DNA of 35,517 nucleotides from Octopus bimaculoides (Eukaryota): assembly GCF_001194135.2 (NCBI RefSeq), contig NC_069003.1, positions 30,414,385-30,449,901 on the forward strand, in the 5' to 3' direction. A model generated the notes under the pieces. That model ran no database searches. It saw only the letters and a list, made by a program, of their open reading frames with translations, and was not told where the DNA came from. A program made the position numbers and the translations under genes. This document shows positions 11,598 to 22,106 of this stretch, in pieces (within the stretch, counting starts at the first letter, position 1; each line of letters begins with the position of its first letter).

Positions 11598-11932
11598 AAT
11601 GATTTGTTTAATCTCTCGTGAAATTTAAGCTTATGGAAGAATAAGACCAGAATTAGTAAAAGCTGTATACTGAATTTAATGTTATATAAGATTCAAATTC
11701 CCCCCAACCCACCCTCTTAAAGCTGCCCCTAAAAGTTACCCTGGTCCCCTTATGCGACATTCGACCGCACAATAAGATTCAATGCAGTAAAAATTATTTC
11801 TTCTTGAATATGTGCTGCTGAAATAAAGATGGTTCTCTAAAATGCAGTTTTTATACCAACGAATAATGTGATAATTTTTTATGTAGCTCTCGCAATATAT
11901 TTAGGAATTTGTCATGGCCCCCAGCAGACAAG

Positions 11933-12041
11933 ATGGAAAACGGCGTTGCGTCGGAGGATGGCGAAGGGGGATGCGCTGGAACAGCCACTGACACGCGGGG
12001 CTCGCACTTAGCGGACAACAATCTCTGCTGCCGCGATAGCG
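11933..12041 (+). CDS. Candidate first coding exon of an unidentified gene (MENGVASEDGEGG...CCRDS); could instead be part of a DNA-transposon end
   Basis: CpG/GC-rich island; aagATGG start context; G|GTGAGC donor in phase 1, matching the next candidate exon. Against: an out-of-frame ATG at 11914 and a repeated ctcaactgt motif downstream. Confidence 0.2.
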
Positions 12042-12222
12042 GTGAGCTGGGTTGTGGTCCGGAGACCAAGCTCACCGGAGGTCTCAACTGTCACGGGCTC
12101 AACTGTAAACATGTCGGAGAGCGACTGATACCATGACGAGATTCTCCGTTAATCCCGTTTTTTTTTGTTTTTTTATGTGGGGTGGGTTTCCTTNNNNNNN
12201 NNNACATGGAATGCCTTTTGAG

Positions 12223-12460
12223 GGTTCCTTAATGAGTATCAGAAGCTCTGGAAAAGCGCTGCTGTGGAATGTTGCATAACTGAAAGTTTGCTGGAGACTT
12301 GGCCGTGTAGTCAAATCCAGTTGGATTGTCTTACAGATTATCTCTCATTCTTGCTTTCCATTTTGGAACTCATTAAAAGCCCCACACCACACCCTTTCTT
12401 CATTTCCCGTGTCTTAGAGCTTGATTGGTTAAACCAGCATTTATGGAAAACTGCATTTGG
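12223..12460 (+). CDS. Candidate internal coding exon, unknown protein (GFLNEYQKLWKSAAVECCITESLLETW...RVLELDWLNQHLWKTAFG)
   Basis: 238 nt of non-repetitive sequence open in one frame between ccttttgAG and GTACGT. It is followed by a 118-nt AT-rich intron-like segment ending ttaacttgcAG (12578) that continues in frame (G-W-V-S-L-H). I do not recognise the protein. Confidence 0.35.
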
Positions 12461-12812
12461 GTACGTTATTTTAAAACGTAATTAAAGCAGTCGTTACAAC
12501 ATATTGTGTAGGTTTTAATTAAATATTATTAGATTAATGTATAGTAGGTTAATGACGTGTAAGTTAATTAACTTGCAGGTGGGTGTCCTTACATGTACCA
12601 CGTGTTATGTTTATATTATTTCGACGACCACATCATTATAATCCCTTTTTTGCCCCTTCTTGCCTTTTAGTATTGTATGCTCTGTATATTTCCCTTCTAT
12701 CTGTTTATTATATATGCTTTCTGTATTTTCTTTTTATCATTTCATTTCTGTCTTTGCATTGTCCTCTTCATCCTTCACCCTGGGTCCAAAAAAAAAAAAA
12801 GAGAAATTCTAA

Positions 12813-13045
12813 AAGGCGGCGTGCTGGCAGAACCGTTAGCACGCCGGGCAAAATGCTTAGCGGTATTTCGTCTGTCGCTACGTTCTGAGTTCAAATTCCG
12901 CTGAGGTCGACTTTGCCTTTCATCCTTTCGGGGTCGATTAAATAAGTACCAGTTACGCACTGGAGTCGATATAATCGCCTTAATCCGCTTGTCTGTCCTT
13001 GTTTGTCCTCTATGTGTGTAGCCCCTTGTGGGCAGTAAAGAAATA
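12813..13045 (+). mobile_element. SINE family B, full length, B1 tail
   Basis: aaggcggcgtgctggcagaaccgttagcacgccgggc..gagttcaaattccgctgaggtcgactttgcctttcatcctttcggggtcgat..gccccttgtgggcagtaaagaaata. Confidence 0.92.
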
Positions 13046-13205
13046 GGTATTTCTGAGTTCAAATTCCGTCCCAAGTCTACTTTGCCTTTCATCCTTTCGG
13101 CGTCGATAAATTAAGAACCAGTTGAACACTGGGATCGATATTTATCGACTAGTCCCCCTCCCCATAAATTTCAGGCCTTGCGCCTTTTAGTCGAAGAGAT
13201 TATGA
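13046..13205 (+). mobile_element. SINE family B, 5'-truncated, B2 tail, directly after the previous copy
   Basis: gtatttctgagttcaaattcc..ctttgcctttcatcctttcggcgtcgataaattaag..aaatttcaggccttgcgccttttagtcgaagagattat. Confidence 0.85.
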
Positions 13206-13400
13206 TGGTAGAAGTATTTTAAGGTTTTGTTTCGTATTTTGTATCTGAGTACGCACACACACATACTCCCGCGTGTGTATATTTGATCCGATCTCACTGG
13301 AATGCGCGTGTATATCTGTATGTTCACACACACACACATAGGTATCTTATTTATATGGTGTGAGGTGGTGATTTTGTTATCAATGAAATAAGTTATACGC

Positions 13401-13643
13401 TACATCCAAAGTGCGCCATATCGCGGTTCACCTATCGCGGATTATTACATAAGCTTACGTTTATTCCTCCGTGGTGTTATTTTGCATTTATAATAAAATA
13501 AATTATATACAAATTATATATAAATAATTTTTTAAAATCTGCAGTACAGTACTGTTTCTACTTCACGGATTTTCGTCTATCGTGAGGTGGGGGTGGGGTG
13601 GCGGATGGAACGTAACACCCGCGATAGTCGAGGGATTAGTGTA
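13401..13643. mobile_element. Tigger/pogo-like (Tc1/mariner superfamily) MITE
   Basis: Left end taca..tatcgcggttcacctatcgcgg and right end ggaacgtaacacccgcgatagtcgagggattagtgta form degenerate inverted termini (taca..tatcgcgg) with TA ends; resembles Tigger-type MITE ends as I recall them. Confidence 0.6.
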
Positions 13644-13775
13644 TATTTAGTGTGTATGTATGTATACGCAAATATGCATTTGTGAGATTAGTCACTTGTG
13701 TTTCGATCAAAAATACGAATCGGATGCAGAAATACGTAATGTATTGCACAAAATACGCACACACACACACACACA

Positions 13776-13817
<42 letters not shown>

Positions 13818-13855
13818 NNNNNNNNNNNNNNNNNNNNNNNGTATATATATATATG

Positions 13856-13908
<53 letters not shown>

Positions 13909-14013
13909 TGCAAACAGAAAAAAGTTTATACATATATATTATACATACACACACACATATATGTGTGTTAACAGAAAAAGATGTGTATATATATATACAC
14001 ACACACAAACAGA

Positions 14014-14315
14014 GATATTGTTTTCAGTCGTGTTTGTTAGTTTATCCGTGGACAAGATATCTCAAGAACCGCTGGATGGATCCGGATGAAACTTTCAGGG
14101 ACGTTTGACCTCGTGACTGGCACGAACTGGTTAGACTTTGGGATCGATCCGGTACTGGACAAGGATTCTGGATTATTTTTCCTGTGCTTTTTACTTAATT
14201 TTTGAGAGCGGTCAGGTTCATTTTTAGTATCCTCATTTTAAAAATCATGTCTGGCTAATCATTGAGAGGTCGTTGGTATTGCCTTGACAGAAGTTTGCGC
14301 TCTCTGAGTGCTCTT
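14014..14315 (+). mobile_element. Helentron-associated non-autonomous element (HINE/DINE-1-like)
   Basis: Starts gatattgttttcagtcgtgtttgttagtttatccgtg; contains gatatctcaagaaccgctggatggatccggatgaaactttcagg; ends aagtttgcgctctctgagtgctctt, a terminal motif typical of this class from memory. Confidence 0.55.
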
Positions 14316-14892
14316 ATATATTATTATCCAGTTATATATATATATATATATCTGATGAAGGATATGTTCTCTATGTGGCCTGCTTGTTTTTTGTACCTTG
14401 TTTATCATTTTGTCCATGTTGTTTTGCAACGTAATGTACCCAGATATGTATTTATATGTACATGTAGATGAAGGTATGTATATACATGTACATATATATG
14501 CATATACTCATATATTGTTTGTATATATATATATATACACGTACATGCCTACAATTTTGTTTAATGGCGTTTACATACCTCTGAGTTGATACCATTCAAA
14601 TACATATGCGAGAGAGAGAGAGAGAGAGAAAGAAAGAAAGACAGAAAATGTGTGTTAAAGCAAATATTAAAAGCACAGTAAACACTAGTCTCAAATCGAT
14701 GAAAACTAATGATCAAACAAACCATCTATAACTTGGCTGTGTGAATATAATGATCGTTGATATAGATACAATTTCATTTACTTTGTCTAGTACGTAGGCG
14801 CGCACATGTGCAAAAACACAATATAATCCTCTATGTTGATATTTGTGTGAATTAAATATTTATATTCGTATGTATCAATGTGTATGTGTGTG

Positions 14893-14925
<33 letters not shown>

Positions 14926-15002
14926 GTGTGTTATGTATAATTAATTATATATTTGTATTTATAATTATGCATTTGTAATTTATAATTGTTATACCCATCG
15001 TT

Positions 15003-15345
15003 TGTGGTAAGTCGCTTGCTTACCAACCACGTAGTTCCGGGTTTAGTCCCACTGTGTGGCAACTTGGGCAAGTGTCTTCTACTATAGCCTCGGGCAGACC
15101 AAAGCCTTGTGAGTGGATTTGGTAGACGGAAACTGAAGGAAACCCGTCGTATATATGTATTTATATGTGTGTGTCTGTGTTTGTACCCCCAACATCGCTT
15201 GACAACCGATGCTGGTGTGTTCGGCAAAAGAGACCGATGGAATAAGTACTAGTCTTACAAAGAATAAGTCCTGGGGTCGATTTGCTCGACTAAGGGCGGT
15301 GTTCCAGCATGGCCGCAGTCAAATGACTGAAACAAGTAAAAAGAA
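15003..15345 (+). mobile_element. SINE family A, near full length, with an internal deletion of about 20 nt at 15220
   Basis: tgtggtaagtcgcttgcttaccaacc..cttgggcaagtgtc..gctggtgtgt|tcggcaaaagagacc..cagcatggccgcagtcaaatgactgaaacaagtaaaa. Confidence 0.92.
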
Positions 15346-16219
15346 AAAAAAGAATTGATTATACTGTGTATAATCATCCTCCAGAAGTCGAATTTGTAAA
15401 GAAAGCCTCAAAATTACTAATTCTCAAGGCATCGACAAATATACATATATATATATGTATCTATACATGTAATCTTCTTTCTTTGGGCCCTCAGCTCCTG
15501 TGACAGTGTGTAGGGACCCATCGTAACATACAACGTGTCTTGGACACGTTTTAGATTTGACGGGCCCAACTCTTTCCGCTCTAGTTCTGTACCAGCTGAT
15601 TTCTTGAGAAACAAGGAAAGAAACAGTGGCTTCCAGTGTTGAACTGGTCCCTTTCTTTATCAACCCTGTAAAGAATGGAAAGCTAAATCGATATCGGTAT
15701 TTATGTACGATCTATAATCAATATAACGTGTGGGTGCCGTTAAAAAAAACAGAAGCTGCAGGTTTAATTTTCGTTGTTTTTTTTTTTTTTGCCGTGGAAA
15801 ATCCCTTTATACGCGTATTGTGTTATGGGGCGATTTCCTTTCGCCTAGCTCTTAAGTACTTTGTGGGGTTTTTTGTTGTTTGTTTTTTGGGGTTTTTTTT
15901 TATTAATAAAACACGTCTATAAAAGGACATTTTCCCCAGACGTAAAACCGCGGTTTCTGACTTCTTAACGATATGTTGAGTACGTTTATCTCGATGATAA
16001 AATTTTTAATATAGTGATATGTCGCCACTGGCGCCATGAGAAGTGAACAGCATGAACGTTAAAGGCGCGAAATTGTAATGAGTTTTTGGACGTTGACTGA
16101 TGAAGAATTAGTTATGAATTGTCTGTTGTGTTTTTGATAAATTTCTGCAAAACATGGGTAGTTTATCCTGTTCATGCTATATTAGTAGCATTATCCTGTG
16201 TTTGAGAATAACATTATTT

Positions 16220-16261
<42 letters not shown>

Positions 16262-16616
16262 NNNNNNNNNNNNNNNNNNNNNNNNNNNNNNNNNNNNNNN
16301 NNNNNNNNNNNNNNNNNNNNNNNNNNNNNNNNNNNNNNNNNNNNNNNNNNNNNNNNNNNNNNNNNNNNNNNNNNNNNNNNNNNNNNNNNNNNNNNNNNNN
16401 NNNNNNNNNNNNNNNNNNNNNNNNNNNNNNNNNNNNNNNNNNNNNNNNNNNNNNNNNNNNNNNNNNNNNNNNNNNNNNNNNNNNNNNNNNNNNNNNNNNN
16501 NNNNNNNNNNNNNNNNNNNNNNNNNNNNNNNNNNNNNNNNNNNNNNNNNNNNNNNNNNNNNNNNNNNNNNNNNNNNNNNNNNNNNNNNNNNNNNNNNNNN
16601 NNNNNNNNNNNNNNNN

Positions 16617-16862
16617 GTGGAAGTAAATTGCGATAGAAACCGGAAGTGACGACAGTGACATCTCAAAATTTCAATTTAGGAACCTAAGCAACTCCCTCAT
16701 TATGCCATTTCCACAGACACGTACCTCACAACGAGCATCTACCTACAGTTAAACATTAATACAACCATGTTTGATGCATTGGTTACTTCGTATACATATT
16801 TTACGTGAAATTGTGGGTTAGTGTCGTCCTCGCTTCCATTTTCTGTCGAAATTTACTTTCAC
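16617..16862. mobile_element. Unclassified MITE-like element with about 37-bp imperfect terminal inverted repeats
   Basis: 16617 gtggaagtaaattgcgatagaaaccggaagtgacgac versus the reverse complement of 16826-16862 gtgaaagtaaatttcgacagaaaatggaagcgaggac: 30/37 identical. The left end abuts a gap. Confidence 0.6.
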
Positions 16863-16932
16863 TATCTTTTTTTTTTTTTTTTTCAAGCCTGTAAANNNNN
16901 NNNNNCCCTGTCTCCCTTATACACGCACACTA

Positions 16933-16963
<31 letters not shown>

Positions 16964-17332
16964 CCCTGATGCTTTTTGTCTGACTCTGACAGACTGTATA
17001 AAACTCAGAAGTAGCAAAATGAAACCACAGCTTTTAAAAAAAATTAATAAACCCCCTGTGGTGTACATATTGAATATTCTCCTGTTTATACATTCTAAAT
17101 ACTTGTGTGTGTTTGTGTGTTTGTGCGTGTTCGGCGGGTTATGGCATATGTGTGTACATGTGTTGTCAGAAAAATACTGGTTCATACTAATGTTTCATGG
17201 CTGAACTCCCTTGTTGAATATTAATAATTGAGTAAGAAGGAAAAATAAATTAAAAAATAATTTTAATTAAATTTCCAAAGCATTGCAAAGACATTTTTTG
17301 TTGACGGACTAACAGCAACAATAATAATAATA

Positions 17333-17361
<29 letters not shown>

Positions 17362-17363
<2 letters not shown>

Positions 17364-17430
17364 TTCTACTGGAAGCACAAGGCCTCAAATTTTGGAAGGG
17401 ATTAAGTCGATTACATTGACCCCAGTGTTT
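17362..17430 (-). mobile_element. SINE family B, B2 tail fragment with (TAA)n
   Basis: (taa)n tttctactggaagcacaaggcctcaaatttt..gattaagtcgattacattgaccccagtg. Confidence 0.8.
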
Positions 17431-17764
17431 CAAGGGGACATCTTAAGGACAGCCTACAATTGGAGGGTTTATATAAAAGATGAGGGGAAAGAAATGGAAA
17501 ATAGGAAACAGTGATACGAAATAGAAGCAGATATAATTGACAAAGCATGTGGAACACATCTACGATGCAGTCCTCTCGATGCAAAACCACCAACCAGGGC
17601 CAATCAAGGAACCTTATAGATCCAGGATTACCCTAACCAACAGGCCTCCCCCATCTACAGGTGTACACTTTAGAGTGGGTGCATTCAGCTTAACCGTTTC
17701 TGCCATAGTTGTCAGTTGTTTCAAAGTTGGGGAGGGTTAGTCAATTACCACAAACGCCAGCACT

Positions 17765-17943
17765 TGGCTGGTGTTTCGTCGACCCTGAGACGGTGTATGT
17801 ATGTATGTGTGTGTGTGGGGGGGGTGGAACAACGTGAGATAAAGTGCCTTGCTCATGAACACAACACAACACACAGCCCAGTCCAGGAACTGAACTCACT
17901 ACCTCCTGATTGTGAGCCCAATGGTCTTAACCACTGAGCCATA
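17765..17943 (-). mobile_element. tRNA-derived SINE of a third family (V-domain-like)
   Basis: Minus strand reads tggctcagtggttaagaccattgggctcacaatc..gagttcagttcctgg (A and B boxes), then gttcatgagcaaggcactttatctcacgttgttcc. Confidence 0.65.
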
Positions 17944-18678
17944 TCATGCCTATCAATATGCTGTATTTGAGGACTTTTTAGATGAGCATACTTACATACA
18001 AACTGCATCTCAGTTCTTTGCATGCACTTTCTGAAATCTCAACTTTGCTGGTGAATAAACGAAACGCCAGTCGAGTATTTATACAATGCAGGCTGATTTT
18101 CTGGGATATTTTGGAGTGGGGTGGGGTTTTAAAACAAAGGGCACTTTATAAGCCATTAAATAACGGGATTTTGCCATTTGACAATGTTAAGAGATTAATT
18201 ATGATTAACAATGATAATTAATAATTATAATGTCTAATGGTACAAAACAAGAACAATATTTTTAGGAAAGAGATAAAGCCGGTTAATAAATCTAATCTAT
18301 GATAGTGGCTTGCTCGAATGTGGTTTATTTTATTCAGGGGTACATGGGTATATATATATTTTGTGTGTCCTCAGTGATTGTCACACACACCCATTAAAAA
18401 ATGGAACCCGATCTTTATAATAATTATTCCAGTCTTAGCAATATGGTGGTATAATTTGGTTATAATTTGTCTTCAATTACATTAATACCCTCATAAAGAA
18501 AGATGGTGTCAGGCTGAAGTCATATTATGTAGAGAAATAGCCCCCCCCCCCCCCNNNNNNNNNNNNNNNNNNNNNNNNNNNNNNNNNNNNNNNNNNNNNN
18601 NNNNNNNNNNNNNNNNNNNNNNNNNNNNNNNNNNNNNNNNNNNNNNNNNTTTTTTTTTTTTTTTTTTGTAACTTGATA

Positions 18679-18780
18679 ACTTATTCTATCAGCCCCTTTT
18701 TACCGAACCACTGAATTATGGGGACGTAAACAAACCAACACCGGTTTTTAAGTGAAGGCAGGGTACAAACACAAAGACTC
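18679..18780 (-). mobile_element. SINE family A internal fragment
   Basis: acttattctatc..ttttaccgaaccactgaattatggggacgtaaacaaaccaacaccgg. Confidence 0.7.
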
Positions 18781-18982
18781 ACTCACATGTAGATATCTAT
18801 CTTCATCACACGATGACTGTTTGTTTGAGACATGTTGGTTCTTTTCTCTCTCTCCATTTGTTTTTTCTCTTCTCATTTGTTTTTTCTCTTCTCATTTGTT
18901 CTTTCTGGAGAAGACCATATGCTTGAAACATAAAAACACTCCTAATTTTTCCTGAGCTATTTTTATTTTTGTACTGTGTGTT

Positions 18983-19082
18983 ATTTCTTTACTACCCACA
19001 AGGGGCTACACACAGAGGGGACCAACAAGGACAGACAAACTGATTAAGTCGATTATATCGACACCAGTGCATAACTGGTACT
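18983..19082 (-). mobile_element. SINE family B 3' part (B1 tail), fused to a SINE A copy
   Basis: ttatttctttactacccacaaggggc..gattaagtcgattatatcgacaccagtgcataactggtact. Confidence 0.85.
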
Positions 19083-19197
19083 TCAGTCCCACTGTGTGGC
19101 ACCTTGGGCAAGTGTCTTTTACTATAGCCTCGGGCCGACCAAAGCCTTGTGAGTGGATTTGGTAGACGGAAACTGAAAGAAGCCTGTCGTATATATG

Positions 19198-19230
<33 letters not shown>

Positions 19231-19422
19231 CTGTTTGTCCCCCCAACATCGCTTGACAACCGCTGCTCGTGTGTTTACATCTCCGTAACTTAGCGGTTCA
19301 GCAAAAGAGACCGATAGAATAAGTACTAGGCTTCCAAAGAATAAGTCCTGGCGTCGATTTGCTCGACTAAAGGCGGTGCTCCAGCATGGCCGCAGTCAAA
19401 TGACTGAAACAAGTAAAAGAGT
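19083..19422 (+). mobile_element. SINE family A starting at its B-box
   Basis: tcagtcccactgtgtggcaccttgggcaagtg..aaggcggtgctccagcatggccgcagtcaaatgactgaaacaagtaaaagag. Confidence 0.92.
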
Positions 19423-19454
19423 AAATAAACATAAGATCTGACAGAATGATGATA

Positions 19455-19679
19455 ACCTTTTCTATTAAAGGCACAAAGCCTGAAATTTGTGGGGGGGGTG
19501 GAGGGAACTAGTTGATTACATCGACCCTAGTGTTTCGCTGGTACTTAATTTATCGACCCCCGAAAGGATGAAAGGTAAAGTCGACCTCTGCGGAATTTGA
19601 ACTCGGAACGTAGTGATGGGTGAAATATCGCTAAGCATTTTTCCCGGTGTGCTAATGATTCTGCCAGCTCACAGCCTTA
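19455..19679 (-). mobile_element. SINE family B, full length, B2 tail
   Basis: ccttttctattaaaggcacaaagcctgaaattt..gaatttgaactc..ctaagcatttttcccggtgtgctaatgattctgccagctcacagcctta. Confidence 0.9.
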
Positions 19680-19704
19680 GTAACAATAATAATAATAATA
19701 ATAA

Positions 19705-19922
19705 TATTGGTCGCAGATTTAGCCACAAGGGCAGCCATTTTGTGGAGGAGGGGATGAGTTGATTACATCGACCCCAGTGCATAACTGGTACTTATTTTAT
19801 AGACCCTGAAAGGATGAAAGGCGAAGTTGACCTCGGCAGAATTTGAACTTAGATTGGAGCGACAGGTGAAATACCACTAAGCATTTCATCCAGCATGCTA
19901 ACAATTCTGCCATCTCACCGCC

Positions 19923-19925
<3 letters not shown>
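19705..19925 (-). mobile_element. SINE family B with a variant 3' tail (B3)
   Basis: Standard B head and body, but the tail on the minus strand reads cccctcctccacaaaatggctgcccttgtggctaaatctgcgaccaatattatt. Confidence 0.8.
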
Positions 19926-19959
<34 letters not shown>

Positions 19960-20110
19960 TAATAATGAGGATGATTTCTCATATAATAAATATTGTATTT
20001 GCACTATTATGTAGCAAAGAAGATGAGGGGAAAAACGAACAATATGCTGGTGTTGGTGGTAGTAGTAGTAGTAGTAATAGTGGTGGTGGTGGTGGTGGTG
20101 GTGGTAACAA
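19926..20110. repeat. Compound trinucleotide repeats (TAA)n, (TAG)n, (TGG)n
   Basis: Direct reading; source of the poly-His, poly-Val and poly-Gly ORFs. Confidence 0.9.
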
Positions 20111-20250
20111 CGACACTGATATTGCTGTACCTGGAGCAGGTGAATGGACTGGAGACGTGTAATGAAGGAGACGGAATATGAAATTACATACATGATAATA
20201 TGTGAGGGAAAGAGCTGTGTGTGTGTATTTGCTTACACACACACACACAC

Positions 20251-20439
20251 GTCCCATAAGTTTCTCAGGCGTATCAATTATAAACTCTTTGCAATACTGA
20301 CTTACTTGTGGAACGCTGTGTATGTGTGTGTATGTATATACATTACGTCCCATAAGTTTTTCAGGCGTATCAATTATTAACTCTTTGCAATGCTGACTTG
20401 CTTATGGAATGCTGTGTATTTGTGTGCATATGTGTTTCA

Positions 20440-20477
<38 letters not shown>

Positions 20478-20838
20478 CATTATGTCCCATAAGATTTTTA
20501 GGCATATCAGTTATAAGCTGTTTACAATGCTGACTTACTTATGGAACACTGTGAATGTGCATGTATCTTCTGTGTGTGTGTGTGATGTCCCATAAGTTTT
20601 TCAGGTTTATCAATTATAAACACCTTATAATACTGACTTACTCATGAAATGCTGAATATATGCCTCTATTTCATTTGTGTTAGTGTGCATGCATGCGTGT
20701 GTGTATATATGTGCATGCATGCGTGTATAATTTCCCAATAAATATACACAAGTATAAGAGTGTGTTATGTCCCATAAGTTTTCCAGGCGTATCAATTAGA
20801 AACCACTTACAAAAGCTGACTCGCTTATGGAACGCTCT
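20251..20838. repeat. Array of five ~70-nt conserved units separated by variable TG-rich spacers
   Basis: Units start with gtcccataag at 20251, 20347, 20484, 20587 and 20769. Each continues with (c/t)agg..tatca(a/g)tta..ctgact..tg(g/a)aa(c/t) at the same offset. Confidence 0.92.
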
Positions 20839-21267
20839 GTTTGTTCATGTATTTCATTTGTGTGGGTGTGAAAGAGATACAAATACTGGAAAACAAACGC
20901 AAAGAAGAAAATCATTACAAAATAAATATATATATATATATGTATGTATGTATATGCAGGCAAGTGTTGCTATGACGGTAATTCTCTGTCCGTGTGTCTG
21001 TCCGACTCCAATTAAGTATTAACAATTACATTGGTTGTGAGTTCACGAATATCTGCTGTAGCCGTTTCCTTGAATTATCCCCATGTATTGATTGCACCAC
21101 CCATCCACACGACCACATATATATATATATAAAAATGCAAATATGTCTGAATTTATAAACGAGAGACAAACCTCATTAAATGTAGCCGGAATTTATTCAT
21201 GTATTCAAAGCTGACACTTCTCTTTGTCGCAAGCCTCAAGTTGTTGTCGTTATTATTGTTATTACAG

Positions 21268-21484
21268 CGTCAGAAATGGCAGAATCATTAAAGAGCTGGA
21301 CGAAAATGCTCAGTGGCATTTCGTCCGTCGCTACATTCCTGAGTTCAAGTTCCGCCAAGGTTGACTTTGCCTTTCATTCTTTCGGGGCCGATAAATTAAG
21401 CACCAGTCAAGTATTGGGGGTTGATGTGATCGACTAGTCTTCTCCCCACAAATTTCAGGCCATGTGCCTATAGAAAAAGGGCTA

Positions 21485-21515
<31 letters not shown>
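21268..21515 (+). mobile_element. SINE family B, B2 tail with (ATT)n
   Basis: tggcagaatcatta..gagttcaagttccgccaaggttgactttgcc..aaatttcaggccatgtgcctatagaaaaagg. Confidence 0.85.
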
Positions 21516-21522
<7 letters not shown>

Positions 21523-21644
21523 ACTTTGAGTGCCATGTATACAATATATGTATATACAGCACTTAACAAATGTGCAACATGTTCTCCAGTGTGGTAATGA
21601 TTCTACTAGCTCGCCACCTTAATAATAATAATAATAATAATAAT

Positions 21645-21874
21645 AAGGCGTGCTGGCAGAAATGTTAGCACGCTGGGCGAAATGCTTAGCGGTATTTCAT
21701 CTGCTGTTATGTTCTGAGTTCAAATTCCGCCGAGGTTGACTTTGCCTTTCATCCTTTCGGGGTCGATAAATCAAGTACCAGTTACACACTGGGGATCGAT
21801 GTAATCGACTTAATCCCTTTGTCTGTCCTTGTTTGTCCCCTCTATGTTTAGCCCCTTGTGGGTAGTAAAGAAAT
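21645..21874 (+). mobile_element. SINE family B, full length, B1 tail
   Basis: aaggcgtgctggcagaaatgttagcacgctgggcg..gccccttgtgggtagtaaagaaata. Confidence 0.92.
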
Positions 21875-22106
21875 AATAATAATAATAATAATACATAACA
21901 AAAACACCAGGACTTACAAATATATATAACATACAGAAAATTGCCCTACTGGGCACTGCACACATCCTACGCAAAACACTTTCAACACAGTAACCATAAG
22001 AGCATCACAGCAAACCACAGCACATACCCAAGGCACACAGAGCTGCGCTCAGTAGTGAAGTGAAAGCACGTTATAAAAATAAAACTACTGAACAATAATA
22101 ATAATA

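Noticed and set aside
12583-12888. 101-aa hydrophobic ORF as a complete membrane protein
   Set aside because: The hydrophobicity reflects T-rich composition and the C-terminus is read from SINE B; only its first few codons may belong to an exon.
16638-16649. ETS/GABP site as evidence for a promoter
   Set aside because: It lies within a terminal inverted repeat of a MITE-like element; no other promoter evidence.
19956-20162. ORF with poly-Ser/poly-Gly that looks like a low-complexity protein
   Set aside because: Entirely explained by (TAG)n/(TGG)n microsatellites next to a SINE-associated (TAA)n tract; no splice support.
20251-20838. CRISPR-like repeat-spacer appearance
   Set aside because: Eukaryotic context, 70-nt diverged repeats, low-complexity spacers of very unequal length, and no cas genes.
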